From NCBI GenBank assembly GCA_965279035.1, contig OZ257142.1, positions 1,888,001 through 1,952,000 of the forward strand: a stretch of DNA of 64,000 nucleotides, written 5' to 3'. The position numbers and the translations under genes were made by a program. This document shows positions 46,517-57,318 of this stretch, one piece after another (position 1 is the stretch's first letter; every line of letters begins with the position of its first letter). The notes below the pieces were generated by a model. It made no database searches. It saw only the letters and a list, made by a program, of their open reading frames with translations, and was not told the DNA's origin. Source of the DNA: Bacteroidia bacterium (lineage in GTDB: Bacteria > Bacteroidota > Bacteroidia > M30B66).

Positions 46517-49003
46517 TTGATTTTATATCCAAATTCTACCGGACTTCCGGTTGCTGATATCCTTACGGAAGTTCAAGCTTCACTCCAAGTTAAAACATCC
46601 TTGATCGTTTCCGCTCCACCAGGCGCAGGAAAGAGTACGCTTTTGCCTCTCACTTTGATCGATGCTGATTGGTTAAAAGGACAAAAAATTCTCCTGCTCG
46701 AACCGCGTCGCTTAGCTGCTAAAACCATTGCCTCACGCATGGCCGACCTTTGGGGCGATGAACTTGGACAAACTATCGGTTACCGCATTCGTTTCGAAAA
46801 TCGCGTAAGTGCAAACACACGATTGGAAGTTCTTACCGAAGGAATTCTCACACGCATGTTGCAAACCGATAATGCTCTTGAAGGTGTTGGATTGGTGATT
46901 TTTGATGAGTTTCATGAACGGAGTTTGCATGCTGATTTAGCGTTGGCTTTATGTCGTGAAGCACAACAAGTACTTCGTCCCGATTTGAGAATTCTCATCA
47001 TGTCGGCAACGCTTAATTTACCTAAGTTGAGCGAACTTCTGCAAGCTCCAATCATCGAAAGTTTGGGGCGACAATATCCGGTTGAAATTCGGTATGCCGG
47101 CAGTCAAGACGAAACCTTGATTCCCGAATTAACAGCGCGCGTAGTAATTCAAGCCAGTAGAGAACATGAAGGCGATATCTTGGTTTTTCTACCGGGCGAA
47201 GGTGAAATTCGTTCCTGTGCAGAAATTTTAGGTAAATCCCTTTCCGGTTTCGCCATTCATCCATTATACGGACAATTACCTCCGCATGAGCAGTTTCTCG
47301 CCATCATGCCCAATAAACAGGGAAAACGGAAAATCGTACTGGCTACATCTATTGCCGAAACTAGTCTTACCATCGAAGGAATTCGCATTGTTGTAGATTC
47401 TGGCTTTGGAAAAACTTCCCGTTTCGATCCAGCTTCCGGTTTATCAAAACTTCAAACAGTAAAAATTTCGAAAGATTCTGCCGATCAACGCGCTGGTCGT
47501 GCCGGTAGATTAAGTGCTGGCGTTTGTTACCGCATGTGGACACTTGCCGATCATGAACGCCTAGCCGAATACCGAGTTCCCGAAATCTTGGAAGCTGACT
47601 TAACGCCATTGGTGCTCGATATGGCGCATTGGGGCGTGAACGATATTTCGAAATTAACTTGGTTAACTCAACCTCCTAAAGCAGCATTGTCGAGTGGAAA
47701 TGAAACGCTTCATCAATTGGATGCCTTGGAAAATGGGAAGATCACAGCACATGGAAAACAATTGCATCGACTGGCTTGTCACCCACGTATTGCTCACATG
47801 TTGCTCATGGCCAATACTGATCAAGCAAAGCAACTCGCCACCGACATTGCAGCCATTCTCGAAGAACGCGATCCACTCGGTCGTGAATCGGGCATCGATA
47901 TGAATTTGAGAATTGAAGCTTTACGCCGCGATCGGAAACGAAATTCGATAGGAAAACGATTTTCGCGGATTGCTAAAGTGGCAGAATCATATCGGCGCAT
48001 GTTGGATATTGTTGAGAATAATGAAGCAGTTGATCCATTCGAAACCGGATTGTTGCTGGCTTATGCTTATCCGGAGAGAATCGCATCAGCACGTCCTGGA
48101 AACAATGCACAATTTCAACTGGCCAATGGGAAAATAGCTATGGCCGGACACCAAGACGATTTAGCTCATCAACCCTGGCTTGCCATTGCTCACATGGATA
48201 TGCGTGATGGAATGGGGAAGATTTTCTTGGCTGCACCGCTTAATCCACGCGACTTAATGCCACTGGTGAAGGAAAAGGAAATTGTTGTTTGGGATACACG
48301 TAAAGGTGGACTCATTGCGAGTAAAGACTTACGCATTGGAAGTATTGTTCTACAATCAAAGCCGCTTCAACATCCAAATCCTTCGCGTGTGAAAGAAGCA
48401 ATTGTCCATGCTTTACGAAATGAAGGAGAAGCTTTACTCGATTTTACTGAGGAATTTATTCAGCTTCAAAACCGGATACAAAGTTTGAAAATGTGGAATC
48501 CTGAAGAATCTTGGCCGGATGTGAGTACTGCATTTTTACTCGAACAGGTGGATGATTGGTTGTCTTCCTATTTGGGTGATGTGAAGAAGCCAGAAGACTT
48601 GAAAAGAATTCCATTGAAACAAGCTTTACTTCAACATTTGGGTTGGGATTTTCAACAGAAACTTGAACAGCTCGCTCCAAGTAAAATGCAAGTTCCTAGT
48701 GGTTCATCTATCAAAATTGACTATTTACCGAATGGTGCTACACCCATTTTAGCTGTTCGTTTACAGGAATTATTTGGATTGAGCGACACACCTAAAATCA
48801 ATCAAGGAAAAACCTCAGTCGTTTTGCATTTACTTTCTCCCGGATATAAGCCAGTTCAGGTAACTAGCGATTTACGTAGCTTTTGGAATAACACCTATTT
48901 CGAAGTAAAGAAAGAGTTGAAACGACGTTATCCCAAACATGCCTGGCCCGATGATCCTTGGACAGCAATACCTATAGCCAAAGGAAGAAGCACGAAGAAT
49001 TAA
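46517..49003 (+). CDS. hrpB: ATP-dependent helicase HrpB
   Basis: APPGAGKST, EPRRLAA, DEFHER, MSAT, QRAGRAGR, C-terminal RYPKHAWP. Confidence 0.95.
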   Translation: MILYPNSTGLPVADILTEVQASLQVKTSLIVSAPPGAGKSTLLPLTLIDADWLKGQKILLLEPRRLAAKTIASRMADLWGDELGQTIGYRIRFENRVSANTRLEVLTEGILTRMLQTDNALEGVGLVIFDEFHERSLHADLALALCREAQQVLRPDLRILIMSATLNLPKLSELLQAPIIESLGRQYPVEIRYAGSQDETLIPELTARVVIQASREHEGDILVFLPGEGEIRSCAEILGKSLSGFAIHPLYGQLPPHEQFLAIMPNKQGKRKIVLATSIAETSLTIEGIRIVVDSGFGKTSRFDPASGLSKLQTVKISKDSADQRAGRAGRLSAGVCYRMWTLADHERLAEYRVPEILEADLTPLVLDMAHWGVNDISKLTWLTQPPKAALSSGNETLHQLDALENGKITAHGKQLHRLACHPRIAHMLLMANTDQAKQLATDIAAILEERDPLGRESGIDMNLRIEALRRDRKRNSIGKRFSRIAKVAESYRRMLDIVENNEAVDPFETGLLLAYAYPERIASARPGNNAQFQLANGKIAMAGHQDDLAHQPWLAIAHMDMRDGMGKIFLAAPLNPRDLMPLVKEKEIVVWDTRKGGLIASKDLRIGSIVLQSKPLQHPNPSRVKEAIVHALRNEGEALLDFTEEFIQLQNRIQSLKMWNPEESWPDVSTAFLLEQVDDWLSSYLGDVKKPEDLKRIPLKQALLQHLGWDFQQKLEQLAPSKMQVPSGSSIKIDYLPNGATPILAVRLQELFGLSDTPKINQGKTSVVLHLLSPGYKPVQVTSDLRSFWNNTYFEVKKELKRRYPKHAWPDDPWTAIPIAKGRSTKN

Positions 49004-49017
49004 ACATGCTATAAAAA

Positions 49018-49053
49018 CAAAAAAGCACGAAGAATTATTTCCCTCGTGCTTTT
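49018..49053. terminator. Bidirectional terminator between hrpB and the M3 peptidase gene
   Basis: AAAAGCACGA...TCGTGCTTTT inverted repeat. Confidence 0.7.
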
Positions 49054-49071
49054 CGTTGTGTTGATTAAATT

Positions 49072-51243
49072 TTATTTAACCGGAAATCCTCGTTTCCTCA
49101 TCAAGGCTCCCGTTTGAGCATCATGTCCTCGGAATGATTTAAATCCAATTTCAGGATCAATCGTATTTCCAACAGAAAAAACGTATTGAATGAGTCGAGC
49201 AGCAACATTTTTATCATATGGACCTTTACCTTCGATAAACGCTTCGTAAGCATCGGCCGTTAGCACATCCGACCATAAATAGCTGTAATAGCCAGCCGAA
49301 TACCCATCACCCGAAAAGATATGTCCAAATTGAGGTGTACGATGACGCATGACCAATTCTGTTGGCATTCCCAAAGAACCCAAGGTTTGCTTTTCGAATG
49401 CATCAGGATCAATTCCAACAGATGCATCCGCCAAGTGAATTTTCATATCGATCAATGCGCTCGATAAATATTCGGTTGTAGCAAAACCTTCGTTAAATGT
49501 GGAGGCTTTTTCAATGCGTTCTACCAAACTTTTAGGAATAGGTTTTCCTGTTTGATAGTGCAATGCAAACTGAGAAAGCACTTCGGGTGTTCCTAACCAA
49601 TGCTCGAGTAATTGAGAAGGAAATTCAACATAATCGCGCACCACGTTTGTGCCCGATAAAGTTGGATAGGTTACGTTCGAACTTAATCCATGCAATGCAT
49701 GACCGAATTCATGAAATAAGGTACTCGCATCATCCCAAGAAATTAAAACTGGTTCTCCAGGATTTCCTTTTACGAAATTGGAATTATTCGATACGATGGT
49801 CGAGACTTCTTTATCCATGAGTTGTTGCTCACGATAGGCATTCATCCATGCGCCCGAACGCTTGCCTTCACGAGCATACGCATCGAAATACCAAAGCCCA
49901 ATATGTCGTCCTGTTTTTTTGTCTTTCACTTCCCACACGCGCACATCAGGATGGTAAACAGGAACATTTGTTATTGGAGTAAAGCTAAATCCGAAAAGTT
50001 CACCTGCCACCCAAAACATGCCTTCACGAAGCTTTTCCAATTGAAGATATTGCTTCACTTCGTTTTGATCTAAATCATATCGTGCTTTACGAACTTTCTC
50101 TGCGTAATAACGATAATCCCAAGGTTCAATTTTAATTTTCAAACCTTCTTTATCTGCAATGGCTTGCATATCGGCAACTTCTTCTTTTACGCGCGCAACG
50201 GCAGGTGTCCAAACAGATTCCATCAAGTCGATTGCTTTCTGTGGAGTTTTCGCCATGGTATTTTCCAATCTCCAATGTGCATGACTCTGAAATCCTAAAA
50301 GTTTGGCTCTTTCTTGACGCAATTCTAATATCGAAGTAATGATTGCATTGTTATCGTGTTCACCACCATTATCGCCACGATTGATAAACATTCGCCACAC
50401 TTTTTCACGGATTGCTCGATTGTCGGAATAGGTTAAAAATGGATCAACCGAAGAACGCGTATTGCTAATGACCCATTTTGAGTCGAGCAGTTTGGCTTTG
50501 GCTGTATTAGCTGCTCCATCGATCAAGGATTGTGGTAAACCAGCTAATTCTTCTTTGCTGTTTAATACCACTATTTGATCGCTTTCATCAGACAATAAAT
50601 TCTGGCTAAAACGCGTAAATAATCCAGCTAATTCTTGATTAATTTCCGATAATCTTTTTTTCGAAGTAGCATCCAATCTCGCTCCTGCACGAACAAAATT
50701 GTTATAATGCACGAAACATAAACGTTGTTGTTCTGAACTAAGCGATTTTTTTTCGGGTGAATTATATACTGCTTCGATTCGCTTAAAAAGCTTCTCGTTT
50801 TGAGTAATTAAATCACCAAAACCAGCCAATTTAGGTTCGTATTCTGTTTCAACTGCTTGGAATTCGGGTGTACTTAAATTCGATCCCCAAATTCCATAAA
50901 TAATAACTAAACGCGATAATTTCTGACCGCTTCGTTCTAATGCTGCAATCGTGTTTGCAAATGTTGCTGCTTCGGGATTTTGAGCTATTTTATCTATTTC
51001 AGAAAGATTCTCTGCCATAGCTGCTTCGAATGCTGGCTTGAAATCCGAAACTTTTACTTTATCAAAAGGAGGAATTCCTCCATACGGTCCGCTCCAATCG
51101 GCCAATAATGGATTGGTATCTACATTTTTTTCCACAGTATTTTTCTTTGGACTTGATGATTTTAAAGATGCATGATGATCTCCTGTCCCCGCTATGGCAA
51201 TACTTGCGAATAAAACCGCAGCAGGTAAAATGAATTTTTGCAT
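49072..51243 (-). CDS. M3 family metallopeptidase (peptidyl-dipeptidase Dcp-like), exported
   Basis: FHEFGHALH zincin motif, DYVEFPSQ, YSAGYYSYLW; start MQKFILP with signal peptide. Confidence 0.92.
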   Translation of the reverse strand: MQKFILPAAVLFASIAIAGTGDHHASLKSSSPKKNTVEKNVDTNPLLADWSGPYGGIPPFDKVKVSDFKPAFEAAMAENLSEIDKIAQNPEAATFANTIAALERSGQKLSRLVIIYGIWGSNLSTPEFQAVETEYEPKLAGFGDLITQNEKLFKRIEAVYNSPEKKSLSSEQQRLCFVHYNNFVRAGARLDATSKKRLSEINQELAGLFTRFSQNLLSDESDQIVVLNSKEELAGLPQSLIDGAANTAKAKLLDSKWVISNTRSSVDPFLTYSDNRAIREKVWRMFINRGDNGGEHDNNAIITSILELRQERAKLLGFQSHAHWRLENTMAKTPQKAIDLMESVWTPAVARVKEEVADMQAIADKEGLKIKIEPWDYRYYAEKVRKARYDLDQNEVKQYLQLEKLREGMFWVAGELFGFSFTPITNVPVYHPDVRVWEVKDKKTGRHIGLWYFDAYAREGKRSGAWMNAYREQQLMDKEVSTIVSNNSNFVKGNPGEPVLISWDDASTLFHEFGHALHGLSSNVTYPTLSGTNVVRDYVEFPSQLLEHWLGTPEVLSQFALHYQTGKPIPKSLVERIEKASTFNEGFATTEYLSSALIDMKIHLADASVGIDPDAFEKQTLGSLGMPTELVMRHRTPQFGHIFSGDGYSAGYYSYLWSDVLTADAYEAFIEGKGPYDKNVAARLIQYVFSVGNTIDPEIGFKSFRGHDAQTGALMRKRGFPVK

Positions 51244-51338
51244 AGTTCTGTTTTGGAATGGCAAGATGGTGAAAGCATTGGAAACCGTTTCTATTGACGG
51301 ATCGAATTCTAGCAAGTATAGTATTTCAATTGATTCAA

Positions 51339-52586
51339 TTAACGATTATAAACAAATCCTAAAACACTTCCATTTGTTTGAAATCCAATGGGATTTTCAA
51401 TCTGCTTTATTTTCGTTTGATTCAATAACTTGTCAATTGCCTGTATCACCTGAGCAACACCAATTTGCTTCATACATTGATTATCACCAGCACAAGGCGG
51501 CGTCATAAATTCGTGAACACAGGGACTGCAATACACATTCATATAAATGGGAATACACGTTTCCATTTGTCCATATTGATGCGGCGCACAAGGCCCGAAT
51601 AAACCAACTGTTGGCTTTTTAAGTGACAAAGCCATATGTAGAGGACCTGTATCATTAGTGACGACTCCTAAAGCAGAATCAATTAATGCCATTAATTCAT
51701 TTAAATTCAGTTTACCTGACGAATTAATTACACCTAAATCCTGACTGAATTCAGAAGAAATTTGATTTACATAATTTGCTTCTTGTTTATTTCCAATGAG
51801 TACTAATTGTATTTCGGGATGTTTATTTCTGAATTCTTTAATAAGCTGAATAAACGATGCAGAAGGCCATCTGCGCTCTAATCGTAAGTCAGAAGCATTC
51901 GGATTTACAACTAGATATTGTCCATTAAAATTCGACTGAATTGATTTTATTTTTTGTAGAAAATCTGTTTTGTAATTATCCGAAATTGGAGGTGGAATTA
52001 AATTCGAATCGACTTCTTTTAAAGGAAGAATTCGCGCCATTTGCAAATAGATTTCCGATAAAGGCGCTTTTATATTATAATACATTAGATGCGTAAATAA
52101 TCCGGCTCGATAATCTTTATCGCTTTTATAATAACCTAGTCGGTTGGTTGCCGCGCTTAAGGTGCAAAGCAAGGTGCTGTAATTGGAATATATTTCTAAA
52201 TCGATATATACCTGCGGACGAAATTTCCATAAGGAAATAATTGCTTTAAAAGTGGAAATCAAAACATTCGAAAAGCTTTTGTCATCCACTAATATTTCAC
52301 GATCAATACAGCTTTTATAAAAGTGTAGAATCCCCGAATTTGCTTTCGTGCTAACAAAACAAATTTCTGCTTGAGGATAATTTATTCTCAGCGTTTTTAA
52401 TAGGGCAGAAGCTTGAACAATACTGCCCATGCCTTTGAATTTACAAACAACAATGCGGTTAAATGGGCGATCGAGTTGATGATTGATGCGTAATAAAAAA
52501 CCAAGTATACGCACCATTCCATACAAGAGAATGTTCAGTACAGAACCTACCGATTTATCTAATAAAAGCTGAATTCGGGTACGCAT
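51339..52586 (-). CDS. Glycosyltransferase family 9 (heptosyltransferase-like)
   Basis: KFKGMGS, NPNAS...RRWP, VTNDTGPLH.A...PTVGLFGP, CSPC...C...CM. Confidence 0.85.
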   Translation of the reverse strand: MRTRIQLLLDKSVGSVLNILLYGMVRILGFLLRINHQLDRPFNRIVVCKFKGMGSIVQASALLKTLRINYPQAEICFVSTKANSGILHFYKSCIDREILVDDKSFSNVLISTFKAIISLWKFRPQVYIDLEIYSNYSTLLCTLSAATNRLGYYKSDKDYRAGLFTHLMYYNIKAPLSEIYLQMARILPLKEVDSNLIPPPISDNYKTDFLQKIKSIQSNFNGQYLVVNPNASDLRLERRWPSASFIQLIKEFRNKHPEIQLVLIGNKQEANYVNQISSEFSQDLGVINSSGKLNLNELMALIDSALGVVTNDTGPLHMALSLKKPTVGLFGPCAPHQYGQMETCIPIYMNVYCSPCVHEFMTPPCAGDNQCMKQIGVAQVIQAIDKLLNQTKIKQIENPIGFQTNGSVLGFVYNR

Positions 52587-52587
52587 A

Positions 52588-55344
52588 TCAATCGTTCGGG
52601 CGAGCGAATATAACGTGATTTAATTTTAATGAATCTCCCAAGTCGATGCGAACCTTGTTTATATGTGCAAACCACCAACTATAATGAATGGAAGGACGGA
52701 TATAATAATGATTTTCTATTTGTGGGATAACCGTAAAATCAATTCCACCATAATCCGAAGAATCCCACATGAAATACGTTTGTATGCTGTGATCTAATTG
52801 CGCTTCTGATTGAATTTGAAAATCGAGAAATACCGGTTTCCCTTGAATCTGTTTTGGAATTTCTATAATGTAAGATGTATTTTTAGATGGAGCCTTTTCA
52901 ACTTTCAATTCAACCGAATTTAAAATGGCAGGACGCCAAAAAGCAGCTTGTTTTTTCATTGATAAATGTTCCCAAAAACGTTCTTCAAAAATAATCGGTG
53001 GAACTTCTATATTTCCCACTTTCTTTTCTTTCCAAATCTCATAACCATTTCGTTTCTCCCAAGGTTGATAGTGGGTGTAGAAATATTCAGCCATGATACT
53101 ATGACGCAATTCATTGGGAACACCATCTGTTTCGTCCCACCAATTGCGAGGTGCATGACGGAATAAAAGAATGGGTGCTTTATAAGTTTGTAAACGCTCA
53201 ATCCAATCCTTTTGTAGACTCAAGGAATGCACATTTTGCGGACTTTGATAAAAGAATGCCGGTACTTCTTTTTCAGCATAGAAATACAACATGGGCGTAT
53301 TTCCAAAATCGATAAATGTTTCGTCGTTCTTTAAATTCGATCTTAAAAATTCAACCAGTTGAAATAAATCCGTAGGAATTTCGTGTACATTCTGTTCTAA
53401 ACGCGGTACCAAGTGATGTGGCAATGCATGCATATGTATTGGACGATTCATTCCCGCCAATAACAAAGCATTTTCAGGTTGTCTTTGAGGATATCGTAAA
53501 AACAACATTTCAATAAACAATATCCCCAAGAAAGTCATCCAACGTCCCGATTCTTTAAATGGAAGTTTTAACGCAATGCATAAGGGCAAAAGAAAAAAGG
53601 CAAACGAAGAGAGGAAATTGTCTTGATTTTCAGCAAATCCATGACGAACAATCCCACGTGGGATATTCACTAAATAAAAAAGTCCGAGAAATAAGACAAT
53701 CAACCAAGGTAAAAGTTGCTTTGTTGTATTCGATTTATTGAGCAATTCTCGCAATGAAAGAACGATACATCCAATCACTAACAAAGGTAGTACTACGTGT
53801 TGCCAAATAAATGGAATGCTTGTTTGATCGCCCATGTATGACAAACCATACGACTGGGTTGAGGATAAATAATCGAGTGATAATCGAAGACTTTTCAACC
53901 AATCAATATCGCGAAGAATACAAATTAGGAGAAGGATGGATGAAAAAGCACACCCCGAAATAATTGTAGGAATGAGAAAACGCCACCGAATTTTTTTCAA
54001 CCAAAGGCTCAATGCAATGAGAAAGAATAAACAAATACACAGAGCAAATGCTAGATCAGCTCGCCAAGGCATTAATAAGACTGTACTTACACCAAAAGCC
54101 CAGGCATTTTTTGTGTTCGGATTTTTCCATTCACTGATTAAAATCAATAGTGGTATAAATGCAAAAATGTAATACGATGATAATGCTGAATCGGCAAATG
54201 GAAAGAGCGCTACGAAATAAAATGAAAGCAAAGTTTTACGCGTAATTACCTGCAAAAGCTGATAACATAGAATAATCCAAATAATCGATTCGAATAGATC
54301 AAACACTAAAAAATCCAATCCCTGATATCCATAAATGAGCTCATACAAAACCCCGAATCCATAATCAGAAACAAAATGCGATGATGCTTTATTTAGTAAA
54401 GGTATTGATTGAAAAAAATGCATCTCCATCAATGGAGTTGCTCGGTTAGCTAATTCAAATAATTCTTTGGGAGCTGTCCCATAAGGCAAATAAAACGTTT
54501 GAATTCCTAAGCCTATGGCTATAATCAACCAAATACGATTGAACATTTTAGGACGAGTGGAAGGCATCCAGTGTTTGTTACGAATGACCAATTCCAACAC
54601 CAACAAAAAGCTGAGATAGAAAAACGTTAAAAGTGCCGGAGCTACATTCGTTCCAGTTTTTAGTAAAAGAAAATAATGGACTTCGGTAACTACAAAAGGA
54701 CTAAAAACACTGAATGATAAAACAAAAGCCCAACTCATTAATTTCCCTGAATCGAGTGTGAATTTTTGCTCAATCACAGTGAGAATTCCAGTAAAACTCA
54801 AAGTCCATATTAGAAAATGTTGCCATGCTGGAATCGAAACGGGAAGCCACCAAAGGAGATTCAACCATAGGATCAAAGTCCAAGCTGCAGCTAAAGGCGC
54901 CGATAAGGTATGTGCCGATTTTCGAGGTAGTTTGCCACTAATGAAAATTCCAATATGAATCGCAACAAACAACAGTGCAAGAGGAATGAGGGCTGGTACA
55001 AATATGCCAGCAATGACTTGGACACAACCTGCTCTAGAAATACTTGAATTGAAACTAGAATAATCTGATTGAGGTTGGAAAAATGAAAACGAAAATGCCA
55101 CATTGGTCAATATCCAACCGACAGAAAAAGCAACTATGTAATAGTAAATATTGAATACACGGGCCGAAATATCAATGCCTTGCATATTCGCTTCTCCTAC
55201 TTGATTGCCCAAATTGGGTATCATTCCAGGATTCATTTCAGGCAAAAACAATGTACTAAATAGCAACGCATAAAATAATGACGTTGGTGAAAAACGAAAA
55301 ATACGGTCTAGAAATTTGAGCGTTGTTTCCATATGAACAATCAA
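52588..55344 (-). CDS. Large polytopic membrane protein, possibly GT-C-like
   Basis: Many hydrophobic segments plus a soluble C-terminal domain (DETFIDFGNTPMLYF); 1-nt gap to the GT9 gene; start may be 55332. Confidence 0.55.
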   Translation of the reverse strand: MIVHMETTLKFLDRIFRFSPTSLFYALLFSTLFLPEMNPGMIPNLGNQVGEANMQGIDISARVFNIYYYIVAFSVGWILTNVAFSFSFFQPQSDYSSFNSSISRAGCVQVIAGIFVPALIPLALLFVAIHIGIFISGKLPRKSAHTLSAPLAAAWTLILWLNLLWWLPVSIPAWQHFLIWTLSFTGILTVIEQKFTLDSGKLMSWAFVLSFSVFSPFVVTEVHYFLLLKTGTNVAPALLTFFYLSFLLVLELVIRNKHWMPSTRPKMFNRIWLIIAIGLGIQTFYLPYGTAPKELFELANRATPLMEMHFFQSIPLLNKASSHFVSDYGFGVLYELIYGYQGLDFLVFDLFESIIWIILCYQLLQVITRKTLLSFYFVALFPFADSALSSYYIFAFIPLLILISEWKNPNTKNAWAFGVSTVLLMPWRADLAFALCICLFFLIALSLWLKKIRWRFLIPTIISGCAFSSILLLICILRDIDWLKSLRLSLDYLSSTQSYGLSYMGDQTSIPFIWQHVVLPLLVIGCIVLSLRELLNKSNTTKQLLPWLIVLFLGLFYLVNIPRGIVRHGFAENQDNFLSSFAFFLLPLCIALKLPFKESGRWMTFLGILFIEMLFLRYPQRQPENALLLAGMNRPIHMHALPHHLVPRLEQNVHEIPTDLFQLVEFLRSNLKNDETFIDFGNTPMLYFYAEKEVPAFFYQSPQNVHSLSLQKDWIERLQTYKAPILLFRHAPRNWWDETDGVPNELRHSIMAEYFYTHYQPWEKRNGYEIWKEKKVGNIEVPPIIFEERFWEHLSMKKQAAFWRPAILNSVELKVEKAPSKNTSYIIEIPKQIQGKPVFLDFQIQSEAQLDHSIQTYFMWDSSDYGGIDFTVIPQIENHYYIRPSIHYSWWFAHINKVRIDLGDSLKLNHVIFARPND

Positions 55345-55371
55345 CGCAAGCTAATCAACCTTTGTGAATCT

Positions 55372-55980
55372 TCAGAAGGTCTTCTGAATTCCAATTCCTC
55401 CCGGCGATGCATAAAACAATTTCAACAGCTCATTTAATTCTTTCGAACTGCCCGATTCAACGGCATAAAAACTCAAATCAAACAAAAATAAAAACGCTCC
55501 TTGCAACACTAAACTTCGACCATATCCTCGAAATTGATCATGCTTTTTTATACTTGTCACATTGCGCGCTTTTTCCATCAACAATGCTCCTGTGGCAACA
55601 TACGCGATATCAAGTCCAGTATTAAATAAGAGTGATTTTTCCAACTTCATTTGCTTCTCCAACACCGACATAGGCTCTGAACTTGCAAACTCATTTTTTG
55701 CATTCAAATAACCCAAGGAAGCAATCCCCAAATTCACCGTATTCCACAATACGTTCATCTGATAAAAGTAAACGTCTTCGCCCGTCGATTTAGGCCGTAA
55801 TGCCAAGCCACTTGTCATATTGGCTAAAGACCATGATCCTAAAACCACCATCCCTTTTTTCTGATCTTCAATACGTCGTTGATCAAACAAGATTATCAAA
55901 CTATCGCGTTGACCAAAAACAGAAACGCTCTTCAATCCTAAAAAAACAAACAGGATAGAAATCTTAAAGGAAAAAGACAT
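55372..55980 (-). CDS. DUF6992-like exported/membrane protein
   Basis: GMVVLGSW, FYQMN..WN.VN..IA, N.GLD..Y, QGAFL..FD; family name recalled from memory. Confidence 0.55.
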   Translation of the reverse strand: MSFSFKISILFVFLGLKSVSVFGQRDSLIILFDQRRIEDQKKGMVVLGSWSLANMTSGLALRPKSTGEDVYFYQMNVLWNTVNLGIASLGYLNAKNEFASSEPMSVLEKQMKLEKSLLFNTGLDIAYVATGALLMEKARNVTSIKKHDQFRGYGRSLVLQGAFLFLFDLSFYAVESGSSKELNELLKLFYASPGGIGIQKTF

Positions 55981-55982
55981 TC

Positions 55983-57245
55983 CTAGGTTTTTTGTTTTTT
56001 CTTTTTCGCTGCAGGGAAAAGAATATTATTCAATATCAATCGATATCCTGGCGAATTTGGATGCAAGGCTAAATCGGTTGGTGGATCGCCCACCTTATGC
56101 TCATAATCTTCCGGATCGTGCCCACCATAAAACGTCCAGGTTCCTTTTCCATATTCACCATGAATATAGCGAACCTCATTGGCTGCTTTATTTTCGCCCA
56201 TTACCAACACACTGCTCTTCACACTTTTCTTTAAAAATGCGGTGGTTTGCCCCATAAAGCCCTTGATAATTCGTTCATGGTTTTGACATAACATCGTAGG
56301 AACCGGATCCCATTTTGCCGAAAATTCAAACAAAGCAAAATAATCTTCCTTCTCAGGAATACGGCGCGATTGAGTAGCATCGATACTCGAGAATTCGTAC
56401 TCAGCTGGATTTTGACTCAAAATAAAATTCTCAAAAGCAAAACAATTATCTGTGTTGATTTTATTCTGCATATTCGGATCAGCCGGATCGCCATCAAACA
56501 TTTCGGCGCAAATATCAACTCCATCAGCAGCTAAGGCAATATCGTAGCTGTCGGTTGCCGAACACATCGCAAATAAAAATCCTCCGCCTACCGTAAAATC
56601 ACGAATCTTTTTAGCAACCGCTAATTTCAATTCCGAAACCTTGTTAAAACCAAGCTTATGTGCCATGTCCTCGGCACTTTTCTGATTATCAATGTACCAT
56701 TTCTGCGTCCTGTAAGCAGCCCAAAAACGACCATATTGTCCCGTAAAATCTTCATGATGCAAGTGAAGCCAATCGTACAATGGCAACTTATCACTCATTA
56801 TTTCTTCATCGTAAACTATGTCGTACGGAATTTCTGCATACGTTAAAGCCAGTGTTACCGCATCATCCCAAGGTTGTTTGTCTTTAGGCGAATACACAGC
56901 TACTTTGGGCGCTTTTTCCAGTTTTACCGCGTCCATATTCACTTCGGGAGCAGCAATCTCTAGCAATATCGCATTGGCTTGCGCATCAGCAATCGTTTGA
57001 TACGTCACACCACGAATAATGCACTCATTTTCAACCGCCTTCGAATTGCCCACCATGAAACTTCCTCCACGATAATTCACTAGCCAAAATAACTCTAGCT
57101 CATGCTGCAAAATCCAATAAGCAATGCCGTACGATTTCAAATGATTCTGCTGACTTTCATCCATCGGAATCAGGATCGACGCCGATCGCAGGTTTTGGTT
57201 CCCTAAATTCAGGAACAAGAGGAACAACAAGACGATTCGTTTCAT
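55983..57245 (-). CDS. Conserved exported Bacteroidota protein (family often labelled 'asparagine synthetase B'; class I GATase-like features)
   Basis: ILIPMD..Q.NHLKSYG, PWDDAVT, DWLHLHHEDFTGQYG, FAMCSATD, GGHDPEDY; downstream of dnaB. Confidence 0.75.
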   Translation of the reverse strand: MKRIVLLFLLFLNLGNQNLRSASILIPMDESQQNHLKSYGIAYWILQHELELFWLVNYRGGSFMVGNSKAVENECIIRGVTYQTIADAQANAILLEIAAPEVNMDAVKLEKAPKVAVYSPKDKQPWDDAVTLALTYAEIPYDIVYDEEIMSDKLPLYDWLHLHHEDFTGQYGRFWAAYRTQKWYIDNQKSAEDMAHKLGFNKVSELKLAVAKKIRDFTVGGGFLFAMCSATDSYDIALAADGVDICAEMFDGDPADPNMQNKINTDNCFAFENFILSQNPAEYEFSSIDATQSRRIPEKEDYFALFEFSAKWDPVPTMLCQNHERIIKGFMGQTTAFLKKSVKSSVLVMGENKAANEVRYIHGEYGKGTWTFYGGHDPEDYEHKVGDPPTDLALHPNSPGYRLILNNILFPAAKKKKQKT

Positions 57246-57318
57246 ATGAGTGTGCAACGTGAATTGTTGAACGGTATTTTTCAGTATTAGTTCAATTCAA
57301 TAAAAAATGATTCTTTTT

